From a virus (taxonomy: Duplodnaviria > Caudoviricetes), in the IMG/VR virus record IMGVR_UViG_3300037041_000666, positions 1-44,219 of that record: a stretch of DNA of 44,219 bases; one strand, given 5' to 3'. The position numbers were made by a program, and so were the translations under genes. The number at the start of each line of letters is the position of its first letter. Position 1 is the stretch's first letter. Below, one piece after another: positions 20,701 through 29,904 of this stretch. The notes under the pieces are model-generated. The model was given only the letters and a program-made list of their open reading frames with translations. It had not been told where the DNA came from and searched no databases.

Positions 20701-20840
20701 AGCTGAACACGTTAAGAGAAGGTGGCGAGAGTGTACAATCTAGCGCAACCCCTAGCGGGGCTTATAAAGACCCTAGAAAAGAAGCTCTTTATCAAAACTA
20801 CATTCCAAAAAACAAACTTGTTGGAGGAAATAATGGCTAG
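17787..20840 (+). CDS. Ejection (DNA pilot) protein
   Basis: Q/A/G-rich with YMSPY.Q.V and AGAFGGSR motifs; multiple xAxGG tags. Confidence 0.7.
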   Translation: MIFKLKNLHKFFFTYICPTFYGSTPPPAPSTTTQNQNVNSIPGELMPFALGNLQAAKKQLFTTDSKGKITGYQPYTPYSTDANKYVAGFSGMQTQAQQGAANLQMPGQMSAATGIAGASSLGALGAGNQYAQQATDPNSIAAYMSPYMQNVTDYQTQQANRQFDITGASAMGAASRAGAFGGSREALMAAENERNRNQAITGIQATGAQNAFQNAQSAQQFGASLGLQGYQTGIQGAQLLGNLGEQQLGMETGILNTQNQYGAEQQAREQALINQNVKTWENQQNQPYRAMDVMSGLIRGTPINTSSTTATTSVANPSYAQQVGGLLGTAGSLYGAYKGKANGGIVQAYAGGGVTETVENSMEAKLRDMSPEQLRAYLPSITSQEELNIAKMILAEEVPQMATGGIVGYAQGGQLGWREQLELTQQEMKANDYRAHGWTDEDIANYKSSGRVPLDPKKQLETIPGETATSKTIKEPIRSTRVAPEPLPEVTPYESTLEPGKGISTEVKTPWQTESPFTAEELKSGIKSAGKKVLSGVGKVGKGLGIAGAALGLAEAGSETSELDNYLAVRARRGDEDAKKILASGGSDPYLEALKKPVREAIHNMDVGAAWDYLKEKLSSQPSVPEAAKTEQPEEPTGIAAAQKESTPPVASTANLPGSVMEQQANKINLADSAEMTGIKGAAPEDRVYPQEVGRVFDRQGLNANVVSSAYQPSEEPTVQQAPEDDGLSEQRATAAKTPLQIMEEQNAEREKAGIKSPDQISAEQRKEIMAEKSNIGEESKRQMYLRMAEFFSNWGSTPGLPLVAGLKAMKDTIPGVMSDSKEDHAAYKAVNKSLRDLEHATELEKAGHFDKAYAIKEQASATVLKHKEKVAEWSNRRWEIQEEQKGAKERAQIAADTSIEGHKISANAQRAGTNPAALREQHLRTIMSSIDRELGLKSKELATQLGNANLFPNAPNNIPQLKKEISDLTVKLNTLREGGESVQSSATPSGAYKDPRKEALYQNYIPKNKLVGGNNG

Positions 20841-23800
20841 AACTGTTCCTTACGAAGATTATATTCAAGCGGCTTCTAAAAGACACGATGTCTCTCCAGC
20901 ACTTTTAAAAGGGCTTATTGAGCAAGAATCTAACTTTCAACAAACTGATAAAAGAGGTAGGCCGTTAACCCCTGGGACAAGCACTGCTGTCGGTCTAACG
21001 CAGATGATACCGTATTGGAACCCTGAATATGACCCTCATCTTCTGGCAAATGATCCTGAGTACAATATTCACGCGGGCGCTCATAAAATGTCAGGTTTGA
21101 TAAACCGAGCAGATCCAAACTTATCGCAAGAGGAAAAGGAAAGGTGGGCACTAGGTCGATACTATGGTAGTAAAGATCCTAACGCAAACAGAAACTATAT
21201 CAATTCTGTAATGGGTAAGAAAGGAAGTTATGAAGGAGAGGTTGAGGAAGAACCTTTAGAAATGACTCCCGAACTGGAAGCAGAGTTCCAAGCTCGGTTT
21301 GAACAAGAGCAACAACCTTTGGAGATGACTCCTGAGTTAGAGGCAGAATTTAAAGCAAGATTTGCTGCTGAAAATCCTGATCAAAAACCACCAGGACAAC
21401 CACCTGAGCAACCCGAACAACAAGGTCGGTTCGGAGCAGCGTTAGGTCGAGGTATAGATGCGTTAAAAGAAGCGGGTCAAGGTATCTCTCTAGGTGTGAG
21501 TTCAGCGTTAGGTGATGAGGAAGCGGCTAAGGAAAAGTTTGCTGCGGCTAAGGAAGCGGATATTGCGCAACAAAATGCGCCTGGCCCTAAATCAACAACC
21601 TTTCAAGACATTCAAGATAAGGCCGCTAAAGAAGGCTGGTGGGAAGCTTCAAAAGAGCTACCTGGCTATGCGGCTGAAAAGATAACGGAGTCTGCTCCAT
21701 CTACCGCTTTACCTTTACTAGCAGGTGCCGCTGCTGGCGCTATCTCTGCACCAATTGCAATTCCTGTCGGTGTAGCTACTGCTATCTGGCAACAGTTCGG
21801 TTCGATGATCGATCGACAAGTTGCTGAGAAAACTGCGGCAGGTGAACTATCACCAGAGAAGGCAGCATTGGCTGCTATTCCAGCAGGTGCTCTAGACTTC
21901 TTTACCGATAAGTTTACGCTCGGTATGAATCTCGGTGCGCCCGCTAAGGCTGCTTTAAAAGAACAAGCATTAGCAAAGATTGAACAATCAATACTCTCTC
22001 GTGTTACCGGAAAGGTTGCTAAAGGTGCGCTATTAGAAGCACCGACAGAAATAGCGCAAACAGAACTTGAGCGTGGTCAAGCAGGTTTATCCTTAACTGA
22101 CGAGCAAGCACAAGCTGAAATGAAAGAATCAGGTATTTCAGCAGGTATATCTGGCGGTGTAACCAGCGGTGTCGTTGGTGTACCTGCAGCTATCAGCGAA
22201 AAGAAACAAGCCGAAGAACATGTCGATGTGATGGGTGATAGAGCGCAAGATATTATTGACGCTAAAGCCGAACTGACACCTGAAGAGTTTAGAGATTACG
22301 GACCTGCGTTATCGTTAGGTCTGGTTAGACGTTGGGCTAATAGTCCAGAAGCCGTTACAAGACAGCAAGCTATGGAACGCTTAAGAGAAAAGGTAGGTGT
22401 GCCTGTTGAACCCGAAGCTGAGGTCACTACACCCGAAGCTGAGGTCACTACACCCGAAGCTGAAACCGTTACACCTGAAGAACAAGGTGTTGCTCAAAAA
22501 CAACAAACCGTAGAACCTGACGAGCGTTTAGCGCATGCGGAAGATACGATTAACAAGGTTGTGACCAACGAGATTCCTTACGAGTCTTCAGAAGTAATAA
22601 CTGCTGCTAAAAACCTAGATGTGTTTGATACTGCGTACACACCAATACAACAAGCGCAAGCAGTGCAAGACAAAATAAGAGAAATAAAAGCCACACCTGC
22701 TGTTGAACCAAAATCTCAAACCACAAAAGAACAAGGTGTTGCTCAAAAACAACAAACCGTAGAAGCTGTAAAACCTACAGAAGAACAAGATACAACAGGT
22801 TTAGCATCTGGCTTTACGGAAATGCTTGGTGATATGTCAGAAAGTTATTATAAACAAGCTTTTGAATCATTACAACAAGGTAAAACAACCATCTCTGGTG
22901 TAAAAGATCCCATACTTACAAGAGCTAAAGAAGCTTTTGACAAAGGTTTAATACAACACCCAGAAGATATTAAAAACTTTGAACAGAACGGTTATCCTAA
23001 AACCACAAAAGAACAAATCGTACAACCAGAAACAGATCAAACCTTTTCCGTAGCGCCTACTGAAAAGAGTACACCCTATACAGCCGAACTTCTTAAGCGA
23101 TCATTAACGCCTGAAATGAGGCGACTTGTGGACAGCGGTAAAGCGGTTCTCCATGATACGCAAGACACCTTACCTGGTACTAATCACCCTGCTAACGTGC
23201 AAGGTATGACCACACCTGAAGGGATTACACATTACGTTGCTAACAAACTCAACCCAACCACTATTCAGAACGTAGCATTACACGAAGTCGGTGTGCATAC
23301 GGGTATGAAAAACATGGTAGGTGATAAAGTTTGGGAGGATGTTAAGAACCAAGCGATGACGAATCAAGGTCCTGAGTTCGATGCTGCACGAGCGAGCATC
23401 CCTAAAGATACGCCTGCACATCTACACGCTGAGGAAACATTAGCGTATCTAGTTGAGAACAGTTCGCATTTGCCTTTTATACGCAGACTGATCGCTGCTG
23501 TTCGTAACTGGGCACGTACCACATTCGGTGCGAATCTTAGACTGTCTCAAGATGATGCAAGACACTTAGCCACGCGAGCGTTGCGTAAAGAGTCACAATC
23601 TAAAAAGACAACAGCTCGTAAAGAAGGCACTGCGTTTAGTGCTGAAAAACCTGCCGAGGAACAACCAGTAAGATACTCTATATCACCAGAAGAAAATAGG
23701 CAGAATACGTTTCAAAAAGAAGTAGGTTCTTGGCGTAAGCGTATTGATACAGCATCTGATTCTGTACGCTCCTCGTTACTACACATCTTTAGTGCTGCGG

Positions 23801-26520
23801 GTGTCTATGATATTGCTGGTGAGAAGATGTTACCCGGTGGGCATGATGTGTTAACCCTAGTTAGAAAACTCTCTGGTAAGCGCGACATACGCCTTAACGA
23901 GTATATCGTTATCCGTAAAGAGATCAACGCATTCTTAAAGAAGAATCATGGTAAAGCTGGGTTGCTTGGTGATGTGGCTAATGAAGCCACCTTATTGGGC
24001 GCATCGCCAGCAGTTGATGGGAACATCGATAAACTGATAGCCGATCTTAAAAAGAAACAACCCAAAGGTTTTGTAGAAACCGTTAAACGCTTAAACCAAC
24101 TGCAAACCAACTGGAGACGATTAGGTGAACCTTCTCAGAAAATATATTCTAAGTTGGCTAACTATTACGCAAAATCACATGCTGATTATCTTGCTGCTCA
24201 AAAGAAAGCGATCACTGATTCCGGTCTGAGTGCGGCTGAACAGAAACGACAACTCGATCTGCTCAATGAAAAGTTTGCAGATACTAAAGTAAAAGGCGAC
24301 TACTTTCCAATCAGTCGTTTCGGTAAATTCGGTGTTGCCTACCGAGACGGTGAAGTCGATCCGACCACAAACAAAGAGATCAACAAGTTCACCAAGTTTG
24401 ATACCTCCGCTGAAGCTAAGAAGTTTTTGGAAAACCCTAAAATCGAAGGCGATATCATAAAAGATATTGATCGTGGTCAGCAGGTGATGGTAGGAGACAG
24501 TAAGTCTTTACAAGAACTCTACGCTGAACTGGATAAAAACTTTAAAGGTGATCCAAAAGAAGCGCAAGCCGAGATGAAGGATTTCGTGTTTCAGATGTAT
24601 TTAATGGGTAAGCCTGAGCAAAGCATGGCGAAGCGTTTTCTGCATCGTAAAGGCACTGCCGGTTACTCTAATGACATCTTCCGAGGTTTTGATAACTATG
24701 CGATGAGTATGGCAAGACAGTTGCCACGAGTCGAGTTAGGTAGAGAGATCACTAACAAGATGAAAGCGATGGAACATAATATCCCTCGTGGTGATATTAC
24801 CGCATCTGATTATTACTCAGCATTCAATAGAGAGATCGATTCTGCATTGCATCCTAAAATCGTAGGTCCGATCGCTAATTTTGCCACCGGTGCTGCGTTT
24901 AGTTATTACCTAACTTCACCTGCGTCTGCGGCACTACAGTTAGCATCTGTACCTATTCAAGGTCTGCCCAGTATCGCCAAACGACACGGGTATATGCTAG
25001 CACAAGCCTCTTTAAACGCGGCTACCAACCTCTATGTAAAGAGTGGGGTAGGTGGTAAGAACGGTTGGTGGAGTATACAGCGTGGTATTGAAAAACATAA
25101 AGACATTAATAGTCTTGTTAAAGGTGCAACACACGCGGATCAATTTGATCCATTAGGCGCAACAAAAACATTTACAGAGCAAGGTTTGATCACCAGTGGT
25201 ATGCACGCGCAAGCGTTTAGCGGCAAGAATAAACCAACAGGTGCACACAAAGATCTGATGGACAATGTGGTTAATCTGATGGATACCATGTCACAACCGT
25301 TTGCTCAGATGGAAACAGCGTCTCGTCAGATCGTGGCAATGGCTCATTATATCGCCAACATTAAATCAGGTATGACCAACGATGATGCAGTCAAAGCAAC
25401 TATCGATTCTGTCTACATGGATATGGGTGACTTTGGATCAACAGGTCGAGCAGAGTTAACTAAGAGTGATTTTGCCAGAGTCGTATGGCAGTTTCAACAA
25501 TACGGTGCGAAAATGCTGTACGCGATGGGACGCTCTGCGTTGAATCTGACTAAAAAAGGTCAGCGTAAAGAAGCGATAACCCACCTGTCTGGTTTGATGG
25601 CGATGCACTGGATCTTTGCAGGTGCGTTAGGTTTACCCGCTGCAGGTATGATAGGCGCAGCGAGTGACATGTTGAGAGATCTGTTAGATGATGAAGAGTG
25701 GCACAATTACAAAGCCAATCTTAGAACCTATATGAACGCTAAAGGTATTAATGAGACGATGATTAACATCATCTTAGACGGACCGATGTCAGAGTTAACC
25801 GGTTTGAAATTAAGCGAACGTCTTGGCGCACACGAACTGCTACCGATCGTTAAAGAGTCTCAAATGAACGACAGTTTGAAAGTGTCTGCTAAAGATCGTA
25901 TGGTTGACATGTTAGGGGCAGCACCTTCTTTAATCTTAAATGTGGGTGACGGTCTGACTGCGTTTACAGAGGGTGAGTATAGTAAAGCAGTTGAAAAGCT
26001 AGTGCCCAATGCGATGCTCAAAAATATGCTCATGGCGGCACGATACGAACGAGAAGGTAAACTGAACAAGCGTGGTGAAGAAGTCATCGGTAAGGAAGAG
26101 TTTACCCCCTACGATATTGCCGCTAAAGCATTTGGTGTAGAACCTTACAGACCTGCTCAAAAAGAAGAAGCCGCTCGACGCGCAAAGACTGATGTGGAGT
26201 TTGTTAAGGCACTGCGAGAAGATCTTTTGAATGAGTTTAGAAAGGAGCAAGAGGAGGGTGATACTAGTAAGGTGCTTGATAAGATCGCTTCTTTTAACCA
26301 AAAATACCCATGGGAAGGTATTAAAACCAAAAACATATTGTCTTCTTTAAAGACTGCCGCTAGAAACAAAGCGTTAAATGTGAGAGGTTTTAGCTATGGT
26401 AAAATGCAAGGTGAATTGGAAAGGCGTTATCCTGAGATGATGAAAGAAGAACCGGAAGAAGAGGAAGATTTAGAAGAAGATATTCCTGAAGAAGATATTC
26501 CTGAAGAAACAGAAGAGTAA
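20833..26520 (+). CDS. Large ejection / polyvalent protein with SLT transglycosylase and zincin-like domains
   Basis: GGAGGA RBS before ATG 20833; LIEQESNF..GLTQM..NIHAGA..YY (SLT); LHEVGVH..EETLAY (zincin-like); long helical C-terminus. Confidence 0.75.
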   Translation: MARTVPYEDYIQAASKRHDVSPALLKGLIEQESNFQQTDKRGRPLTPGTSTAVGLTQMIPYWNPEYDPHLLANDPEYNIHAGAHKMSGLINRADPNLSQEEKERWALGRYYGSKDPNANRNYINSVMGKKGSYEGEVEEEPLEMTPELEAEFQARFEQEQQPLEMTPELEAEFKARFAAENPDQKPPGQPPEQPEQQGRFGAALGRGIDALKEAGQGISLGVSSALGDEEAAKEKFAAAKEADIAQQNAPGPKSTTFQDIQDKAAKEGWWEASKELPGYAAEKITESAPSTALPLLAGAAAGAISAPIAIPVGVATAIWQQFGSMIDRQVAEKTAAGELSPEKAALAAIPAGALDFFTDKFTLGMNLGAPAKAALKEQALAKIEQSILSRVTGKVAKGALLEAPTEIAQTELERGQAGLSLTDEQAQAEMKESGISAGISGGVTSGVVGVPAAISEKKQAEEHVDVMGDRAQDIIDAKAELTPEEFRDYGPALSLGLVRRWANSPEAVTRQQAMERLREKVGVPVEPEAEVTTPEAEVTTPEAETVTPEEQGVAQKQQTVEPDERLAHAEDTINKVVTNEIPYESSEVITAAKNLDVFDTAYTPIQQAQAVQDKIREIKATPAVEPKSQTTKEQGVAQKQQTVEAVKPTEEQDTTGLASGFTEMLGDMSESYYKQAFESLQQGKTTISGVKDPILTRAKEAFDKGLIQHPEDIKNFEQNGYPKTTKEQIVQPETDQTFSVAPTEKSTPYTAELLKRSLTPEMRRLVDSGKAVLHDTQDTLPGTNHPANVQGMTTPEGITHYVANKLNPTTIQNVALHEVGVHTGMKNMVGDKVWEDVKNQAMTNQGPEFDAARASIPKDTPAHLHAEETLAYLVENSSHLPFIRRLIAAVRNWARTTFGANLRLSQDDARHLATRALRKESQSKKTTARKEGTAFSAEKPAEEQPVRYSISPEENRQNTFQKEVGSWRKRIDTASDSVRSSLLHIFSAAGVYDIAGEKMLPGGHDVLTLVRKLSGKRDIRLNEYIVIRKEINAFLKKNHGKAGLLGDVANEATLLGASPAVDGNIDKLIADLKKKQPKGFVETVKRLNQLQTNWRRLGEPSQKIYSKLANYYAKSHADYLAAQKKAITDSGLSAAEQKRQLDLLNEKFADTKVKGDYFPISRFGKFGVAYRDGEVDPTTNKEINKFTKFDTSAEAKKFLENPKIEGDIIKDIDRGQQVMVGDSKSLQELYAELDKNFKGDPKEAQAEMKDFVFQMYLMGKPEQSMAKRFLHRKGTAGYSNDIFRGFDNYAMSMARQLPRVELGREITNKMKAMEHNIPRGDITASDYYSAFNREIDSALHPKIVGPIANFATGAAFSYYLTSPASAALQLASVPIQGLPSIAKRHGYMLAQASLNAATNLYVKSGVGGKNGWWSIQRGIEKHKDINSLVKGATHADQFDPLGATKTFTEQGLITSGMHAQAFSGKNKPTGAHKDLMDNVVNLMDTMSQPFAQMETASRQIVAMAHYIANIKSGMTNDDAVKATIDSVYMDMGDFGSTGRAELTKSDFARVVWQFQQYGAKMLYAMGRSALNLTKKGQRKEAITHLSGLMAMHWIFAGALGLPAAGMIGAASDMLRDLLDDEEWHNYKANLRTYMNAKGINETMINIILDGPMSELTGLKLSERLGAHELLPIVKESQMNDSLKVSAKDRMVDMLGAAPSLILNVGDGLTAFTEGEYSKAVEKLVPNAMLKNMLMAARYEREGKLNKRGEEVIGKEEFTPYDIAAKAFGVEPYRPAQKEEAARRAKTDVEFVKALREDLLNEFRKEQEEGDTSKVLDKIASFNQKYPWEGIKTKNILSSLKTAARNKALNVRGFSYGKMQGELERRYPEMMKEEPEEEEDLEEDIPEEDIPEETEE

Positions 26521-26525
26521 AACCT

Positions 26526-26558
26526 AGGGGTCTTTTAAACGGAAGACCCCTTTTCTTT
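26526..26558 (+). terminator. Rho-independent terminator at the convergence of the two arms
   Basis: AGGGGTCTT-8 nt-AAGACCCCT followed by a T-rich run. Confidence 0.85.
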
Positions 26559-26560
26559 AT

Positions 26561-26731
26561 TCAAAGTTCCTCGTAAGAACCTTCGTGTTCATCTTCAGCG
26601 TACGCTCGATAGCGAGAGACGAACACGAACAGCCATGTGAAACCCCAACCTTCTTCATCACTGGTTATCCACGGGAAGATGCCCCAGTTACTGATGTGCC
26701 GTACACCCCACTCCCAAACGATAAAGGTCAT
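26561..26731 (-). CDS. 56 aa Trp-rich protein, not in ORF track
   Basis: MTFIVWEWGVRHISNWGIFPW...; ATGA overlap with the thyX stop. Confidence 0.55.
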   Translation of the reverse strand: MTFIVWEWGVRHISNWGIFPWITSDEEGWGFTWLFVFVSRYRAYAEDEHEGSYEEL

Positions 26732-27294
26732 TCTACTTCTCCAAAGATGACTGGTGCGATCTCTTGCAGTAGTCTTTCGACTTCCAGTGCGACCTGTCGC
26801 ACCTCGGCTTGAGCGGAAGGGGTTGATCTAAGTTTGATAAAATCTTTTAGCGCTTGATAGTTACCCGTCATATAAAGCTCCGTTTCCTGTGCCTGCGGCA
26901 AAAAGTAGCGAGCATCCTGCTTTGACATACCGTCAGCGCGTAGTTCGTTGTACAAGTCTCTCGCTTGGAAGTTATGACTGTGGATCTTTATCTTGCTAGT
27001 CATGCTCAATTTGTCAAAACCTTCAGGTAAGATATACTCCGCCTCTCCTTCATCACAATAACGCGAACTACGTACGAGGTAATCAAGATGCTTGGATCGA
27101 GTTAACTGCGCAAGACATACACGACTGATGCCAGTGATCCTAAATACAGCACTGCCAAAACGTAGAACAGAAAGGTGACCCACCGAAATAATATGCTTAA
27201 GTCTTTTCTCATCATTCCCCTCCCTCCCATAGCACACACCTGCAAACTTCCCAAGTAATAGCGGATCGCTATAAGTTTCTAATATGACTTTCAT
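26728..27294 (-). CDS. thyX: Flavin-dependent thymidylate synthase-like (variant motifs)
   Basis: GHLS, SRVCLAQLTR..S.RY, DARYFLP, LR...AQAEVR. Confidence 0.8.
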   Translation of the reverse strand: MKVILETYSDPLLLGKFAGVCYGREGNDEKRLKHIISVGHLSVLRFGSAVFRITGISRVCLAQLTRSKHLDYLVRSSRYCDEGEAEYILPEGFDKLSMTSKIKIHSHNFQARDLYNELRADGMSKQDARYFLPQAQETELYMTGNYQALKDFIKLRSTPSAQAEVRQVALEVERLLQEIAPVIFGEVE

Positions 27295-27440
27295 TTTACA
27301 CACCCTCTTTCTGGTTTTTTATCTTCTAGTATTTTGTAGGTCTTCTTGCATTCGTCACATATTTTCAAATTAAAACTGTAGTACATTTGAAAGACGGTGC
27401 ACCTGTGCGGATAGAGCCACGCTATTATTTTTTTAAACAT
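27291..27440 (-). CDS. Small zinc-ribbon protein
   Basis: H.C...SFNLKICDEC; resembles 43845-44030. Confidence 0.5.
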   Translation of the reverse strand: MFKKIIAWLYPHRCTVFQMYYSFNLKICDECKKTYKILEDKKPERGCVK

Positions 27441-27783
27441 CAGGCATAGACTCCAACTTTTTAATCTCACGAGATAAATACACACGCGCCTTTTTAAGAT
27501 CCACAAGTTTGTTTGCTTTGTAGTCTGCTCGGCTAACATATTTAACAACATTAGCCAGATTCCAATTTTTATCAAGACCTTTGGCTTCTATGTAATCATT
27601 AACCTCAATCCCACCTTGCGTGTAGTGTGATGGGTGGTTGACCTCGTTGTCGTCATCAGCCTTTACTTCTTTTATAACCCATTGGGGTTTGCAGGTGGTT
27701 TCTTCATTCATTTTATAATCTCTGTATTGTTTCGGGCAGTGCCATAAATTTATTGGAGGTAGGTAAAAATCAGGCCAGTTCAT
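27433..27783 (-). CDS. DUF3310 (SaV-like) protein
   Basis: VNHPSHY..GGIE..DYI, NVVKYVSR..YK, DLKKA..YL. Confidence 0.8.
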   Translation of the reverse strand: MNWPDFYLPPINLWHCPKQYRDYKMNEETTCKPQWVIKEVKADDDNEVNHPSHYTQGGIEVNDYIEAKGLDKNWNLANVVKYVSRADYKANKLVDLKKARVYLSREIKKLESMPDV

Positions 27784-27786
27784 TTT

Positions 27787-27984
27787 TTACCAACCATTTT
27801 TCTCAGCAGCTTTACAGCATTCAACTGAACACCAGCGTCTACCGTCAGGGACGGGCGCATCGCATTCCCAGCAAATTCCCGACTCGTTTTGATACGGGTT
27901 GACCACATTCATTCTTACCAGTTCTATTTGCTTATCTAAAATAAGTTGCGCTTGATTATTAGCATCATCAATTAGGTCAGCCAT
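27787..27984 (-). CDS. DksA/TraR-like C4 zinc-finger protein
   Basis: MADLIDDA (DxxDxA) plus CWEC...WCSVEC. Confidence 0.65.
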   Translation of the reverse strand: MADLIDDANNQAQLILDKQIELVRMNVVNPYQNESGICWECDAPVPDGRRWCSVECCKAAEKNGW

Positions 27985-28063
27985 AACTCTTCTCACAGGC
28001 TTTGAAAGGATTGACCGGAGGTATAAGCTCCGATCGTTGTTTGTTCGTTTTCTTATTCGCCAT

Positions 28064-28597
28064 TCATCTTAATCCTTTTGATTCTGTCACACCGCGTTGA
28101 TTGTTATACTGTCCCAACACTGCGTAACTCTTATCGGTAGGTACAGGTTTGTGTCTGAAGAAAATCATCTGACCAATCCCCATACCTGGCGTTAACCACA
28201 ATATGTGGTTCTTGGTCATGTTCTTTAACTCTAAAGTTAGTTTTGAATCGGACCACGTTGCGTCACAAAATCCCGCATTCAAATGTTCCAACCCATTACG
28301 CGCCATGCTCGATTTTAATTTATACTCGCAACTGATGTCCGCAGGTAAATTGAAATACTCCCTGCTAGACGCAAGGATAAACTCACCGGGTGCAAGCGCA
28401 TAGCCTTCATCGATATTCAAAGAGATCATATTGATATTATCTTTGGCAATCAAATCGACTATTTTACCATGGGTTGACTCTATTTTGATATCGTTATCCA
28501 AAGTAATATCAATAGAAGCTCCATTCACTCTGCTCAAATCTGCTGTGATAACACCTGTCTTAACAAGTATGACTAATTCATCGTGCGACAATAACAT
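28064..28597 (-). CDS. dcd: dCTP deaminase (dUTPase superfamily)
   Basis: ASIDITL, PGEFILA, KSSMARNGL, D..W...LTLEL.N, IGQMIF, Y...GQY..Q.G. Confidence 0.85.
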   Translation of the reverse strand: MLLSHDELVILVKTGVITADLSRVNGASIDITLDNDIKIESTHGKIVDLIAKDNINMISLNIDEGYALAPGEFILASSREYFNLPADISCEYKLKSSMARNGLEHLNAGFCDATWSDSKLTLELKNMTKNHILWLTPGMGIGQMIFFRHKPVPTDKSYAVLGQYNNQRGVTESKGLR

Positions 28598-28884
28598 TAT
28601 TCTATCTCCTCAAAGTTTGCTTTAAGTGCGCGTATATCGTTAGTTAGACGTTTGTGGAAGGTTTCTTCACTGTCATCTCCTGACAATAACCAATCGATTC
28701 TACTTGCGTAGGTATGCGCTAAAGTTAGAAACCTAACCGCTTGTTTAAATACGTTTAGGGTTTCTTCAGTGTACCGATCATAACCAAAATACTCTGGGTT
28801 GGTGTCATTAACTATCACCTGCTCGATATCATTGATGATGTCAGCAATCTCATGTTGTTTGTAACCAAAGTGTCCACCGCTCAT
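28597..28884 (-). CDS. Hypothetical phage protein
   Basis: MSGGHF.Y...RIDWLLSGDDSEE conserved-looking motif. Confidence 0.65.
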   Translation of the reverse strand: MSGGHFGYKQHEIADIINDIEQVIVNDTNPEYFGYDRYTEETLNVFKQAVRFLTLAHTYASRIDWLLSGDDSEETFHKRLTNDIRALKANFEEIE

Positions 28885-29063
28885 TGTTTTCTCCAATTAA
28901 TTCTAACTTCAAATTCACCCATAACAATATCTGCCATCTTTATACCCATTTGGTTTGATTCACAGTATGTTACAAGCTCATCATAAATAGCTTCTTGTAA
29001 ATATTCTAAATCTGCGTACTCACATTTCTTATAAAATATCGGTAAGACCATCATTTCGCTCAT
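28881..29063 (-). CDS. Hypothetical protein
   Basis: GAGGAG RBS, coupled at both ends. Confidence 0.6.
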   Translation of the reverse strand: MSEMMVLPIFYKKCEYADLEYLQEAIYDELVTYCESNQMGIKMADIVMGEFEVRINWRKQ

Positions 29064-29218
29064 TATTCTATCTCCTCAAAATCTTCGTCTAAAGTTCTCT
29101 GATTGAGCAGATCGATCTGCCCATCATCGTAACCTGTCTTGTAAATCAACTTAATGGAATCGAGCAACGAATGCCCACCCGCTTTCCAAAGTTCGTAGCA
29201 CTCTTCATCTGTCAGCAT
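29063..29218 (-). CDS. Hypothetical protein (LTDEE paralog)
   Basis: MLTDEE...Y..GY.D, shared with the next ORF. Confidence 0.55.
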   Translation of the reverse strand: MLTDEECYELWKAGGHSLLDSIKLIYKTGYDDGQIDLLNQRTLDEDFEEIE

Positions 29219-29433
29219 TAGCGATTCCTGTTCTTTTGATACTCGTACCACATCGCGTCTCTCTCCTCATTGGTATCAAGCGCATCCATATCCTTAACCA
29301 AACGTCTCAACCCATTATCGTTATTGATAACCGCATCCTGATAACCACGTTCGTATGCAGCTTGAACCAACTCTCTAAAGGACAGCTCGCTAGTCCAAAT
29401 AATATTGATTTCCTCATCAGTTAGTTTCTTCAT
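29218..29433 (-). CDS. Hypothetical protein (LTDEE paralog)
   Basis: GAGGTGG RBS; MKKLTDEEI...Y..GY.D. Confidence 0.55.
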   Translation of the reverse strand: MKKLTDEEINIIWTSELSFRELVQAAYERGYQDAVINNDNGLRRLVKDMDALDTNEERDAMWYEYQKNRNR

Positions 29434-29592
29434 TTTCCACCTCAATTTTATGCGTACATGCTTCCGGATTGAAAAAAGAATACGCGTATCGACCTTCGCC
29501 TTCATCTAAACCAATTGTCAGAAAACGATGACACGTGTCTCGTTGCTTACAGTCTTCTCCAGAACATCTGGAGACATCCCTTGGTAAGGGTT

Positions 29593-29904
29593 TCATTTAT
29601 CTAAGAGCGTGTTACGCTCATCCTTATTTCGTTCAACCAACATTGCATCAGCCCATTCATAAGCCTCTTTAACGATTGTCAATTTACCAATAGGCGCATC
29701 ATAACTATCTATTATTTTCTGCATAGCCAAACCAGCAAAATGATCCCGCAAGCTGATACCGTTGTGCTTTTTTAAAGCACTAATTTGCGCTTCCAACTTC
29801 ATTATTTTATCTTTGTAAAATTCCTTCATATTCTCTTTTTCTTCCTGTGAAATGTGCACTCCTAATCCCCTTTTAATGGCTTCATCTGACGCTTTAAAAC
29901 TCAT
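29593..29904 (-). CDS. Conserved phage protein (LRDxFA...AY..ADAML family)
   Basis: SLRDHFAGLAMQ...AYEWADAML. Confidence 0.65.
   Translation of the reverse strand: MSFKASDEAIKRGLGVHISQEEKENMKEFYKDKIMKLEAQISALKKHNGISLRDHFAGLAMQKIIDSYDAPIGKLTIVKEAYEWADAMLVERNKDERNTLLDK

Noticed and set aside
20722-20832. Upstream GTG start for the giant protein
   Set aside because: It overlaps the previous gene by more than 100 nt; ATG 20833 has a strong GGAGGA RBS
529-26369. Many antisense and alternate-frame ORFs in the track (e.g. 11315-11746, 15952-16398, 18427-18930)
   Set aside because: Shadows of low-complexity or codon-biased real genes, with no RBS or recognisable motifs
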